This document shows, piece after piece, positions 17,947 to 27,603 of a stretch of DNA of 64,000 nucleotides (its first letter is position 1; every line of letters begins with the position of its first letter). The notes beneath the pieces were generated by a model. It was not told the DNA's origin, did not search any database, and saw only the letters and a list, made by a program, of their open reading frames with translations. The translations under genes were made by a program, and so were the position numbers. The DNA comes from Candidatus Binatia bacterium (GTDB lineage: Bacteria > Desulfobacterota > Binatia > Bin18). The stretch covers positions 3,850,105-3,914,104 of the forward strand of contig OY729511.1 in NCBI GenBank assembly GCA_963422435.1. Direction: 5' to 3'.

Positions 17947-18270
17947 ATGGATGACCGAAAACTATTGGGAAAGCGGATCAAAAGCCTGCGAAAATCAAAG
18001 GGGCATACCCAGGAGCGGCTGGCGGAAATCATGGACATCAGTTCCAACTATCTGGCTGGCATTGAGCGAGGAGAGGCAAATCCAACCCTGGCTCTGCTTG
18101 AGCGTCTTTCCACGGGTCTGGAGGTCCCGCTGCCCGAATTGTTCAAGTATCGCCCGGAGGAAGGATACCAACCGGCCCAACTTCGCCAGAGGCTGGACCG
18201 GCTGGTCAACGAAGCCGGTGACGGAGAGCTGCCCCGGCTGACTCGTGTTTTTGAGGCGTTGTTGGAGTAA
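17947..18270 (+). CDS. XRE-family (Cro/C1-type) HTH transcriptional regulator
   Basis: 107 aa; LGKRIKSLRKSKGHTQERLAEIMDISSNYLAGIERGEANPTLALLERL is a canonical HTH_3 motif. Confidence 0.85.
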   Translation: MDDRKLLGKRIKSLRKSKGHTQERLAEIMDISSNYLAGIERGEANPTLALLERLSTGLEVPLPELFKYRPEEGYQPAQLRQRLDRLVNEAGDGELPRLTRVFEALLE

Positions 18271-18358
18271 CACCGGGGCGAAGGCCGCCCCGCTTTGCCA
18301 CGGGGTGTACACTCATACGTATTGACATTTATGGTGAGTAGAGACGAAAAAAGAGCGG

Positions 18359-18556
18359 ATGACCACGCACACAACGCAATTTGTCTATTGGGAGGAAGAT
18401 GGAGCGTGGCTAGGCTATCTCCACGAGTATCCTGATTACTGGACGCAAGGCGAGACGCTGGACGCCCTGAAAGACCATCTGCGAGACTTGTATGCTGACC
18501 TGACCGGCGGGGACCTGACCGGTATCCGCAAAATGGACGAATTAGCCTTGACATGA
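18359..18556 (+). CDS. hicB: HicB-family antitoxin (short, N-terminal domain only)
   Basis: 65 aa; FVYWEEDGAWLGYLHEYPDYWTQGETLDALKDHLRDLY matches the HicB N-terminal domain. Its stop overlaps the next ATG (ATGA). Confidence 0.6.
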   Translation: MTTHTTQFVYWEEDGAWLGYLHEYPDYWTQGETLDALKDHLRDLYADLTGGDLTGIRKMDELALT

Positions 18557-18768
18557 AACGAGTCGCTCTAGTCAAACGGATTGAAGGATTTGGTTGTATT
18601 TTGGTAAGGCATGGCGGTAGGCACGCCTCTCATCTGCATAGGAAACAATAACAATATTGGTATCGTAATCCGGTAACCGGAGTTTATCAGCCGGTTCCTC
18701 GTCAGCGGAAAATCAAAGAGAATCTAGCCAAGCATATTATCAAACAGTTGAGTAATCCTTCTGGTTAG
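18553..18768 (+). pseudogene. hicA: HicA-family toxin with an in-frame TAA at codon 33
   Basis: MKRVALVKRIEGFGCILVRHGGRHASHLHRKQ*QYWYRNPVTGVYQPVPRQRKIKENLAKHIIKQLSNPSG*. Both halves resemble HicA (EGFGCILVR.GGRH...H and the C-terminal ...L...HIIKQ), joined by TAA at 18649-18651. Confidence 0.5.
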
Positions 18769-18840
18769 ACGGTAAATAGATACCGCCAAAGCCGCCCCGG
18801 TCTGAGGAATTGGAGACACACTGCACGGAGGACACACACC

Positions 18841-19488
18841 ATGCTGAAAATCTACGGGACGACCCTGAGCAATTATTACAGCACGGCCAAGGCCGCGCTG
18901 GTCGAAAAGGGACTCGCCTTTGAGGAAGTCCCGGTTATGCCGAGCCCGAAACCCGAAGTCCTAGCCAAAAGCCCGATGGGCAAGGTGCCCTATATTGAGG
19001 TCGAAGGCACAACCTTGACCGAGACAAACATCATCTTCGACTATCTCGAAGATATCCAGCCACAGCCGGCACTGTATCCCAGCGACCCCTGGGCTAGGGC
19101 CAAAGTCAAAGAAATCATCCGGTGTGTCGAGCTGTATCTCGACACACCGGCGCGGCGCCACCTGCCGACGGTGTACTTCGGCGCGCCGGTTGATCAGGCC
19201 GCATACGACGCAGTCCGGCCATTACTGGAAAACGGGCTACGGGCGCTCAAGCAACTCGCCCGCTTCGAGCCCTATATCGCCGGCGACACATTTACCTTCG
19301 CCGACCTGACCGCCTATTTCGAGATGCGCTTCACCAATCTGCACACTACGCAAATCTATAACTGGGACATTACGGCTGACGTGCCCGGCCTTGGCGAGTA
19401 TTTGCACTTGGTCGGCGAACGACCGGCGGTCAACGCGGTCGATTCCGTCATGCAACGAGATTTTGCGGCCTTCAAGAACAAGAGCTAG
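18841..19488 (+). CDS. Glutathione S-transferase
   Basis: 215 aa; N-terminal thioredoxin-like GST domain (MLKIYGTTLSNYYSTAKAALVEKGLAFEEV...PMGKVPYIEVEG) and C-terminal helical domain. Confidence 0.8.
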   Translation: MLKIYGTTLSNYYSTAKAALVEKGLAFEEVPVMPSPKPEVLAKSPMGKVPYIEVEGTTLTETNIIFDYLEDIQPQPALYPSDPWARAKVKEIIRCVELYLDTPARRHLPTVYFGAPVDQAAYDAVRPLLENGLRALKQLARFEPYIAGDTFTFADLTAYFEMRFTNLHTTQIYNWDITADVPGLGEYLHLVGERPAVNAVDSVMQRDFAAFKNKS

Positions 19489-19504
19489 TCCGCAGTATCG
19501 AGCC

Positions 19505-20128
19505 ATGGGCAGCAGCAAGACCGCGCCGGCGATTCACTACCGACCAATGACCGTTGAAGACGTTGGGGCGGTGCCGATTGGTCATCAGGGCGACGAGCAG
19601 GAGGTCCGCGCGCGCATTCAAGACCTTGGATCAAGCGCGATATTGGCATTTGACGGTACGCAGCACGTCGGCCAACTCCAGTTTCGGCGCTACGCCGCGG
19701 ATACCCGTTCGCCCAAGGGGCTGTGGGACCCCCTGTATTGGGGCGAGTTCGGCAACGCCGCGCCCGCGCTGCCTGACCACAGCCTGTCCATTTACTGTTA
19801 CCACGTCGGCCAACTCGACGACACCGACGACCGAGACGCGCGATATCAGGGCCGAGGTATTGGCCTGCGTCTCTTGGACTCTTTTTTGGACTGGGCCAAG
19901 CAGGCCGGCTTCGAGGCGGTGACGGCCAAGGCTACCCCTATCCCACGGGCCGTCATGGCTTTTATGGGCGGGCAGCCACCCAAAGCCTATCTGGCACGCG
20001 GCTTTGAGGTCTTTTCGAGCGTGGTCGATACCGAGCTGCGCGATATCGTGAAAGACAGGCAACTCGTGCCGGCTGAGGCGGACTACGATAGCGCCGCACA
20101 GGTCAGCTATTGCGTGAAGTTTTTCTAA
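19505..20128 (+). CDS. GNAT-family N-acetyltransferase
   Basis: Motif A QGRGIGLRLLDSFLDWAKQAG. The start was chosen at the first ATG after the GST stop; 19546 is an alternative. Confidence 0.6.
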   Translation: MGSSKTAPAIHYRPMTVEDVGAVPIGHQGDEQEVRARIQDLGSSAILAFDGTQHVGQLQFRRYAADTRSPKGLWDPLYWGEFGNAAPALPDHSLSIYCYHVGQLDDTDDRDARYQGRGIGLRLLDSFLDWAKQAGFEAVTAKATPIPRAVMAFMGGQPPKAYLARGFEVFSSVVDTELRDIVKDRQLVPAEADYDSAAQVSYCVKFF

Positions 20129-20194
20129 GGCATAGTGCGCGAGCCATAGCGTACTTTTCGGTTCAACAGGGGACATAATGCCGAAGCTGAACCC

Positions 20195-20541
20195 TTGCTG
20201 GACATGTCATTTGAGGTGCCGAAAGGGGAGAGATTACGGTCAACGTCACGCTTGAAAATCCCGACGACCGCGCCGTCTTTGAGCGGGGATATGGCGAGGA
20301 ATCGTCCATTCGCCGTTCCAGCATTGACGCGATTGTTGATACCGGCGGCGTCATGCTGGTCTTACCGCAGAACGTTGTTGAACGGCTCGGACTGGAAACA
20401 CGACGGACCGTGATTATTTCCTATGCAGATGAGAGGAAAGAGGAACGCCATGTGGCTGGTCCCCTGACCATCCACATGGGCAACCGTTTTATGAGCACCG
20501 ACTGTATTGTCGGTCCTCCTCTGAGTGAGCCGCTGAAATGA
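20195..20541 (+). pseudogene. Retropepsin-like (clan AA) aspartic protease with an apparent 1-nt deletion frameshift near the 5' end
   Basis: Frame 2 gives MLDMSFEVPKGE. Frame 1 continues ITVNVTLENPDDRAVFERG...IDAIVDTGGVMLVLPQNVVERLGL...CIVGPPLSEPLK with the catalytic DTG motif. The only in-frame ATG (20353) lies downstream of DTG. Confidence 0.5.
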
Positions 20542-20650
20542 TGGATCGCTTCCCTCAGGTTGTCGCGTGAATCAGTAGGGGGGCCGCCTAGCCAAACGAC
20601 GCCACACTTGGTATTTAGGCTGGACACAGTAGACACAAAGGAGGCCAGGT

Positions 20651-21898
20651 ATGAAAGTATCCATGTTTCACCTGATGCCCTACCGGGACCTGCCGGATGA
20701 TTTTGAACAACGCTACCACTCGGTCTGGGTCGATCCGCCCTGGACGGAACTGGGCGACGCCGAGAAAGTCGGCCAGTACTATAACTGGACCCTTGACGAA
20801 CTGATCCATGCGGCAAAAGCCGGTGTGGATGGGGTCTGCGTTAATGAGCATCATCAGAATGCCTATGGCTTCATGCCCAACCCCAACCTGATGGGCTCGG
20901 TCCTGGCGCGGGCCACCAATGGGATGGACGTGGCCGTGGTGCAGATGGGATCTACGCTCCCTACGACCAACCCGCCCACACGCGTAGCCGAAGAGTACGG
21001 CATGCTGGATACCATAAGCGGCGGCCGCCTGGTGGCCGGCATGCCGCTGGGAACGGCCATGGATGCCACCTTGTGTGCGGGTATCACCCCGATTGAGCAG
21101 CGCGAGCGCTATTACGAAGCCCACGATTTGATCCTCAAGGCTTGGACCGCAGATGAGATATTCGCCTGGAACGGCAAATACTATCAGCTCCCCAAGGTCA
21201 ACGTCTGGCCGCGGCCGATCCAACAGCCGTACCCGCCCGTCTGGATTCCCGGACTCGGCAGCCTCAGCACCTGGGAATTTGCCGCTCAGCACAACCACTG
21301 CTACTGCTTTTTGAGCTATTACGGCCCCAAGGCGGGTAAAAACGTGATGGACGGGTTTTGGCAATTTATCAGCGAGCGTGGCGTTGAACCCAACCCCTAC
21401 CGTGCCGGCTTTCTGCAACTCGTGGCCGTGGCCGAAACCGACGCCAAAGCCGAAGCCTTGTACGAAAAGCATATCCAGTACTTCTATAACAAATCCCTGC
21501 ATATCCCGCCCGAATACTTCTTCCCGCCGGGCCACCAGGATTATCGCAGCCTGGAAAATAATATCCGCAAGGGCATCTTCAAGAGCTATTTCGATAAACT
21601 CGACGCCATCCCGAACTGGAAGTTCAAAGACTTTGTGGACGAGGGCTTTGTGATTGCCGGCAGTCCGGCAACGGTTCGCGACCTGCTCACCGATGCCGTC
21701 ACCGACCTGCGGATCGGCAATTTGATGGTCTTGCTGCATATCGGCTCCATGCCGCATGACTTGACCCTCAAAAACATCGATATGTTCACCAGCGAAGTCA
21801 TGCCCCATATCCACGATATGTGGGACAACCAGTGGGAGAATCACTGGTGGCCGGAAAAGCTGCGGACCAAGCGCCAGGCCTCCATTGCAGCCTTGTAA
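20651..21898 (+). CDS. LLM-class flavin-dependent oxidoreductase
   Basis: 415 aa luciferase-like monooxygenase-like translation; SD AAGGAGG upstream. Confidence 0.8.
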   Translation: MKVSMFHLMPYRDLPDDFEQRYHSVWVDPPWTELGDAEKVGQYYNWTLDELIHAAKAGVDGVCVNEHHQNAYGFMPNPNLMGSVLARATNGMDVAVVQMGSTLPTTNPPTRVAEEYGMLDTISGGRLVAGMPLGTAMDATLCAGITPIEQRERYYEAHDLILKAWTADEIFAWNGKYYQLPKVNVWPRPIQQPYPPVWIPGLGSLSTWEFAAQHNHCYCFLSYYGPKAGKNVMDGFWQFISERGVEPNPYRAGFLQLVAVAETDAKAEALYEKHIQYFYNKSLHIPPEYFFPPGHQDYRSLENNIRKGIFKSYFDKLDAIPNWKFKDFVDEGFVIAGSPATVRDLLTDAVTDLRIGNLMVLLHIGSMPHDLTLKNIDMFTSEVMPHIHDMWDNQWENHWWPEKLRTKRQASIAAL

Positions 21899-21922
21899 GG
21901 ATACACCTGAAGGGAAAAACAG

Positions 21923-22720
21923 ATGGTCGCAGTCCAAGAACAAACCGTCAGTGTGTGGAAAAATCAGATTAACCCCACAGTCCAGGTCGCCGGCAGTGGG
22001 CCGGCAGTGGTCTTTTTGCACGGTGCCTACGGCCTGACCTGGGACCCCTTCCTGGATGCGCTGGCCGAGCAGTTTACTGTGTACGCGCCGGAGCATCCGG
22101 GTACGACCCTGGGTGATCCGGACGGCGTGAAGGCTTTGGACGATTTGTGGGATCTGGTGCTGTATTACGACGAGTTGTTTGCCCAGCTCGGCCTAGACAA
22201 TCCAACCGTCATCGGCCACTCGTTTGGCGGCATGATCGCCTCGGAGATCGCCGCCTGCTATCCGCAACGGGTTGGCAAGCTGGTGCTGCTGAGTCCAATC
22301 GGCCTCTGGCGGGACGACGTCCCGGTCAAAAACTGGATGATCCTGCCTATGGAAGAGGTGGTCAAAGCGGCTTTCTACGACCCCAGCGGTCCACTCGCCC
22401 AGCAGATGCTAACCATGCCGGAGGATGAGAAGGAAGCCCAAGATGTACAGATTCGGGTGACCTGGTCACTCGCCTGTACGGGCAAATTTATCTGGCCCAT
22501 TCCGGACAAAGGACTCAAGAAGCGCATCCATCGGATTACCGCCCCGACCCTGATCGTCTGGGGTGCCGAGGACAAGCTTGTCCCGCCGGCGTATGCCGAG
22601 GAGTTTGGGAGCCGGATTGCCGGCTCCCAGGTTGCCTTGGTCGAGCAGGCAGCACACGTGCCACAGTTAGAGCAACTCGGACGTGTCTCCGGCTTGGTCC
22701 GGGATTTTATTCAGTCTTAA
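21923..22720 (+). CDS. Alpha/beta-fold hydrolase
   Basis: VVFLHGAYGL...; nucleophile elbow GHSFGG; 265 aa. Confidence 0.85.
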   Translation: MVAVQEQTVSVWKNQINPTVQVAGSGPAVVFLHGAYGLTWDPFLDALAEQFTVYAPEHPGTTLGDPDGVKALDDLWDLVLYYDELFAQLGLDNPTVIGHSFGGMIASEIAACYPQRVGKLVLLSPIGLWRDDVPVKNWMILPMEEVVKAAFYDPSGPLAQQMLTMPEDEKEAQDVQIRVTWSLACTGKFIWPIPDKGLKKRIHRITAPTLIVWGAEDKLVPPAYAEEFGSRIAGSQVALVEQAAHVPQLEQLGRVSGLVRDFIQS

Positions 22721-22750
22721 CCCTGTCGCAAAACAAGAAGGAGGTAGAGT

Positions 22751-23119
22751 ATGATTAGTTATGTCACAATCGGAACGAACGATCTTGACCGCGCGGCCAA
22801 GTATTATGACGAACTCCTGGCCGAATTTGGGGCCAAGCGCATGATGGAGAATGAGCGCATTATCTTATGGGGCACCGCAGGGGCTCCGATGCTGGCGGTG
22901 TGCAAGCCGTTTGACGGCAATACCGCCTCGGTTGGCAATGGCGTGATGGTCGCCCTCGCCGCGAACAGCGCGGAACAGGTGGCCGCAATCCATGCGAAGG
23001 CGCTGGAGCTGGGCGGGACGGACGAAGGCGCGCCCGGACCACGTGGCGACGGCGGCATGACCATCGGTTATTTTCGCGATATGGACGGCAACAAGCTCAA
23101 CGCTATCCATATGGGATAA
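22751..23119 (+). CDS. VOC (glyoxalase/bleomycin-resistance) family protein
   Basis: 122 aa; MISYVTIGTNDLDRAAKYYDELL... and C-terminal GYFRDMDGNKLNAIHM are typical VOC beta-alpha-beta-beta-beta modules. Confidence 0.8.
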   Translation: MISYVTIGTNDLDRAAKYYDELLAEFGAKRMMENERIILWGTAGAPMLAVCKPFDGNTASVGNGVMVALAANSAEQVAAIHAKALELGGTDEGAPGPRGDGGMTIGYFRDMDGNKLNAIHMG

Positions 23120-23229
23120 ATCCGTAGATTGAGCATTTGCAACATGGGGTGGGGTCGAATGACCCCACCTTTATTCGTTCCCAACAGCCCCCCTATCTCC
23201 CCTTCCCTCTAGCCGTCCCCGCAATAGCC

Positions 23230-23805
23230 ATGCGTACCAAGGTCTGGATTTTTGGCTATGGGTCATTGGTCTGGAACCCTGGCTTTGTCTTTGAACAGCG
23301 CCAGGTCGGCTACATCCGAGGCTGGACGCGCCGTTTTTACCAGGGCTCAACCGACCATAGAGGGAGTCCGGGTTCCCCGGGCCGTGTTGCCACCTTAGTT
23401 GCCGATGCCCAATCCGTTTGTTGGGGCGTGGCCTATCAGGTTACCGGAGAGTCTCTGATATCGATTTTTTCCTATCTTGATGAGCGCGAGCAAGGGGGGT
23501 TTCGCCGGCATCAGGTGGACTTTTACCCCAAGGCCGGACCCGCGAATGCCGCTGCGCCCTCCGTTACCACCGCCTTTGTCTATATCGCTCAGGACGATAA
23601 TCCTCATTATCTCGGTCCGGCTTCCATCCCGGAGATGGCGCTCCAGATTTTTCATTCCAGGGGCCCGAGCGGATCGAATCGAGACTATCTGTTCCGATTG
23701 GCCGAGAGCTTACGTGACATGGGTGTGACGGATGAACATGTAAGCGAACTCGAACACTCCGTCCGTCAGCTCGGCGCCCACAGCAAAGACGGGTCAAGCG
23801 GCTGA
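23230..23805 (+). CDS. Gamma-glutamylcyclotransferase, ChaC family
   Basis: VWIFGYGSLVWNPGF...GWTRRFYQGSTDHRGSPGSPGRVATLV...VAYQV aligns with E. coli ChaC (PVWIFGYGSLMWNP...GRMLAL...GVAYRL). Confidence 0.8.
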   Translation: MRTKVWIFGYGSLVWNPGFVFEQRQVGYIRGWTRRFYQGSTDHRGSPGSPGRVATLVADAQSVCWGVAYQVTGESLISIFSYLDEREQGGFRRHQVDFYPKAGPANAAAPSVTTAFVYIAQDDNPHYLGPASIPEMALQIFHSRGPSGSNRDYLFRLAESLRDMGVTDEHVSELEHSVRQLGAHSKDGSSG

Positions 23806-23881
23806 GGCGAGGGATATAGCAGCAGGGATGTCGGGTCAATCGGGCAGGCCAAAGGCGATTACGGCATTGCCCAAGGGGAAA

Positions 23882-25672
23882 TCAAACAATTTGTGTCCAC
23901 CGGCGGCAACCGCCACAAATTGCTTCCCGTCTACCGCATACGTTACCAGCGGAGCCATTGACCCCGGCCCCGGCGTTGAAGTGCCACAGCGCCGTGCCGT
24001 CCTGGGCATTCCGGGCAACAAACTTGCCATTTGATTCACGGTGAAAGATCAGCCCGCCCGCCGTTGCGAGCGAGCCGCTCACCAGCGGCAGGTCCGTTTT
24101 GACCTGCCATTTGATCTTCCCGTCCTGGGGCGCGATGGCGCTCAGGGTTCCCCAGCGTTCGACGGTTTTATCAAACGAAATGACAATCCGCTCAGGCTGT
24201 CCGGCCTCCCCCGGCTTGAGTTGATAGCGCGTCGGGTTGTGAGTCCCCGAGACGTATAACCAGCCGGTTTGGGGACTGTACGACGTGGGTGGCCAGTTTG
24301 CTCCGCCCGCGGCTCCGGGCGCAATCCACATTCCTTCAGGGGTTGGTCTATGGAAGAGTAGGGCGTTCTGGGGCACAAAGGCTTCTGAGCGGCGTAATGG
24401 CTTACCGGTCTCCCGGTCGAATATATACAGCCAGCCGGACTTCGAGGCTTCCGCTACTGCTCGGACCGTTTTCCCATTGGTGGAGAAGTCAAACAGCACC
24501 GGGGGTGAGGCGACATCATAGCCCCAGATGTCATGCGGGACGATCTGGTGATACCAGCGCAGCGCACCGGTCTGTACGTCAAGCGCAACCAGGGAGGCCG
24601 TGTACAGATTGTCTCCGGGGCGTTTGTAATCATCATAACCGGGCGACGCGTTCCCGGTCCCGAAATAGATCAGGCCCAACTCCGGGTCGATTGACGGGGA
24701 GGAATAAATAGAGCCACCGCCGGTCTTCCAGGCATCGTGGTGTTTGTCCGCATTGGCGCGCTCGGCGGCCAGGTCGCGCTCCAGTACGTCGCCAAACGCG
24801 GTCTGGCCGACAAAATCACCTTCCCAGCCTTCCGAGGCGGTCGCATACCAGCGCCACACCAACTGCCCGGTCGTTGCATCATAGGCGGACAGGAAGGCGC
24901 GCAGGCCGCGCCGCGGACCGGGCCGGCCGAGGAGAGACGGGGCGTCCGCTTCGGCTTCACCCAGGAGGCCGCTATAGCCGGTCCCGCTCACGCCGACGAA
25001 TACCTTGTCGTCGTAGACGACCGGCGCCATATTCCCGGCAAAGCGTGTCAGTGCCGTGAGTGTGGCCGCGTTTTCGGGCCGTGCCGCGTCTGTGGCTTTG
25101 ATCTCTTTAAGCGCCGTCAGGTCAGCCGGATTTCCGGTCGTCGGATCGACAACCGGCATATCCCACACGCGTGCCCCCGTGGCGGCGTCGAGCGTCACCA
25201 GACGCGCATCCGCGGTGATCATATACAGTCGCCTGTCACCCAGGGCGAGCCCCCGGTTGTGGGTGCCGCAACAGAGCGTATCAACCGACATCTCATGCGT
25301 GTAGCGCCAGCGCTCTACCCCGGTTACTGCATCAAGGGCAACCACGTGGTTATACGGCGTGGTGAGATACATCGTTCCGTCGGCCACAAGAGGATTAGTT
25401 GGAAACGTGCCGAGTATACCGGTCTGATAGATCCACTTCGGCACCAGCCGATGCACGGTATGGGTCGTAATCTGCTCAAGCCCGCTGTAGCGCTGATTGG
25501 CATAGCCATGCCCATAGGTCAGCCAGTTGTCATGGTCGGCGTGGGCTTGGAGTAAACGTGTCCCTTCGACCGCCCTGACCGTTCCACCGCCAAGACAGAG
25601 GACAGTAGAGACACAGACTGCAATCCGTATGATCCGTCTGAGCGTCGTGTTTCGCTTTCCTCGTTTGTGCAT
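23882..25672 (-). CDS. PQQ-dependent alcohol dehydrogenase (methanol/ethanol family quinoprotein)
   Basis: ~596 aa with signal peptide. Vicinal Cys pair (DTLCCGTHNRG). Eight-bladed propeller W-motifs; HDIWGYD segment. Confidence 0.8.
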   Translation of the reverse strand: MHKRGKRNTTLRRIIRIAVCVSTVLCLGGGTVRAVEGTRLLQAHADHDNWLTYGHGYANQRYSGLEQITTHTVHRLVPKWIYQTGILGTFPTNPLVADGTMYLTTPYNHVVALDAVTGVERWRYTHEMSVDTLCCGTHNRGLALGDRRLYMITADARLVTLDAATGARVWDMPVVDPTTGNPADLTALKEIKATDAARPENAATLTALTRFAGNMAPVVYDDKVFVGVSGTGYSGLLGEAEADAPSLLGRPGPRRGLRAFLSAYDATTGQLVWRWYATASEGWEGDFVGQTAFGDVLERDLAAERANADKHHDAWKTGGGSIYSSPSIDPELGLIYFGTGNASPGYDDYKRPGDNLYTASLVALDVQTGALRWYHQIVPHDIWGYDVASPPVLFDFSTNGKTVRAVAEASKSGWLYIFDRETGKPLRRSEAFVPQNALLFHRPTPEGMWIAPGAAGGANWPPTSYSPQTGWLYVSGTHNPTRYQLKPGEAGQPERIVISFDKTVERWGTLSAIAPQDGKIKWQVKTDLPLVSGSLATAGGLIFHRESNGKFVARNAQDGTALWHFNAGAGVNGSAGNVCGRREAICGGCRRWTQIV

Positions 25673-25928
25673 GGAAAACCTCAATAGATGTGAAAAAGAG
25701 TAGCTTCTAGGTATAGGAAAATCGCTACCCTGCCTAATCCTCTCCAATGAAGCGGGGAAGAGATAAAATTGCCCCGCCAGGGTGCGATGGCTCCTCCCCC
25801 GTTCACCCCTGAGCCTAGCGAAGCGAAGGGAGGAGAAAACAGCTTCGTTCCCCGCTCAGTGGCCTTTTCACCCTGAGTGTGATTTGTTTGCCTGACCAAA
25901 TGAGCGATATAGCGGATAGGAGTAGCCG

Positions 25929-26726
25929 ATGTTGCAGCAAGCCCTAGATTTCCGGGAAGAGAGCGAAGCGGTCTTCGCCCTGCTCGACGGGTTGGACGAG
26001 CAGGACTGGGGAAGGAAAACGCAGTTCAAAGAGTGGACGATCAACGACATCGTGGCCCATCTGCATATGGGCAACTACGCGGCAGACCTCTCCTTGCAGG
26101 ATACGAACGCCTTCCTGGACCTCGCGAAAGAATTTACCGACGGCCGCACACAGCACGGCCGTCGGGCCTTCACTCACGTCTGGCTCGACGGGCTGCGGGA
26201 CCGTGCACTGTTGAACCACTGGCGCGCTTTCTCGCTTGAGATGACAGACCGCTTTGCGGCCGCGGACCCGAAAAAACGGGTGCAATGGTTTGGGCCGGAC
26301 ATGAGCGTACGCTCCAGCATTACGGCGCGTCTGATGGAAACCTGGGCGCACAGCCAGGCCATATACGACCTGCTGGGTCAAACGCGGACCGACACCGATC
26401 GGATCAAGAACGTTGTCGTCATGGGAGTGAACACCTTCGGCTGGACCTTCACGAACCGCAACCTCGCCGTGCCAACGGACATCCCCTATCTGCGGCTCAG
26501 CGCACCGTCGGGCGCACTATGGGAGTGGAATCAAGCGGATCAGGAGAACCGGGTCGAGGGCAGCGCCGTCGAGTTCTGTCAGGTGGTCACCCAGGTGCGC
26601 AATATTGCGGACACCTCACTTCGAGTGAGTGGCGATACGGCCACCAGATGGATGGCCAGTGCCCAGTGCTTCGCCGGTCCGCCGGAAGAGCCGCCCGCGC
26701 CGGGCAGCCGCTTCCGGCACGTCTAG
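25929..26726 (+). CDS. DinB_2 / maleylpyruvate-isomerase N-terminal domain family protein
   Basis: WTINDIVAHLHMGNYAADLSL... matches the DinB/YfiT-like four-helix metal-binding domain. 265 aa. Confidence 0.55.
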   Translation: MLQQALDFREESEAVFALLDGLDEQDWGRKTQFKEWTINDIVAHLHMGNYAADLSLQDTNAFLDLAKEFTDGRTQHGRRAFTHVWLDGLRDRALLNHWRAFSLEMTDRFAAADPKKRVQWFGPDMSVRSSITARLMETWAHSQAIYDLLGQTRTDTDRIKNVVVMGVNTFGWTFTNRNLAVPTDIPYLRLSAPSGALWEWNQADQENRVEGSAVEFCQVVTQVRNIADTSLRVSGDTATRWMASAQCFAGPPEEPPAPGSRFRHV

Positions 26727-26753
26727 GAGCCGCGCGCGCTGTCTCGGTCGGAC

Positions 26754-27461
26754 TCAGAATTTTTCCTTGAACGGCCGCACGTCGATTTCGGTCGTCCAGG
26801 AACTGCGGTCCTGATGGGCCATATGCCAATACGTCTCGGCAATGGCCTCGGGCTTGAGCATGTCTTCCTCGGTCATATTGGAAAAATTGCGGCCCGGGAT
26901 ATCGATCACGCCATCGACATTGACCCAGCCCACATGAATGCCCTTGGGACCCAGGTCGCGCGCCAACGATTGCACCAAGCCGCGCAGGGCGAACTTTGCC
27001 GGGCCGAAGGCCACCGAGCGGGGGCCGGCCTTCACGCCGGCGGTCGCGCCGGTAAACAGCATGGCGCCGCGCCCGCGTTCAAGCATGTCCGGAACTACTT
27101 CCTTCGCGCTCAGAAACGCGCCATAGGCGTTGACACGCCAAGCGTCCTCGTACTGCTCCGGGGTCATATCAGCGATCGTGCCGAAGGCCCCACTGCCGGC
27201 GTTATAGAGCAATATCTCGGGCGGGCCGAGCTGTTCACGAATCGTCTTGAACAGCGTCTCGATCTGGGCTCGGTCGCTCAGGTCGGCTGGTGCCTCGCAG
27301 ACCTGCCCCCCGTCAGCACGGATCTCTTCCGCCAGCGATGCGAGATATTCCGTACGGCGGGCGTTGATGGCCACGGCATATTCTTGGGCGAACCGATGGG
27401 CCAGCGCGGCCCCCAAGCCCGGACCAACTCCGAGTACTGCGACAACTGGTTTTTCTGCCAT
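26754..27461 (-). CDS. SDR-family oxidoreductase
   Basis: VVAVLGVGPGLGAALAHRF (Rossmann GxxxGxG); NAG; Y...K motif (AFGPAKFALRG). Confidence 0.8.
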   Translation of the reverse strand: MAEKPVVAVLGVGPGLGAALAHRFAQEYAVAINARRTEYLASLAEEIRADGGQVCEAPADLSDRAQIETLFKTIREQLGPPEILLYNAGSGAFGTIADMTPEQYEDAWRVNAYGAFLSAKEVVPDMLERGRGAMLFTGATAGVKAGPRSVAFGPAKFALRGLVQSLARDLGPKGIHVGWVNVDGVIDIPGRNFSNMTEEDMLKPEAIAETYWHMAHQDRSSWTTEIDVRPFKEKF

Positions 27462-27603
27462 GCTAGTGTCCTTTCGTTCGGAAGAGTTATGGCCCACATC
27501 CTACCGGTAGCAGGAGAAAGGGACAAGCGTTTGCAGCGGACACCTATCTGATATACCTATCGGCCTTTGTCCTGGGCAGAAGCGAGAGGCAGAGGAGAGA
27601 CGC

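Noticed and set aside
24737-25555. 272-aa plus-strand ORF inside the PQQ-ADH gene
   Set aside because: Antisense to a propeller quinoprotein with convincing motifs.
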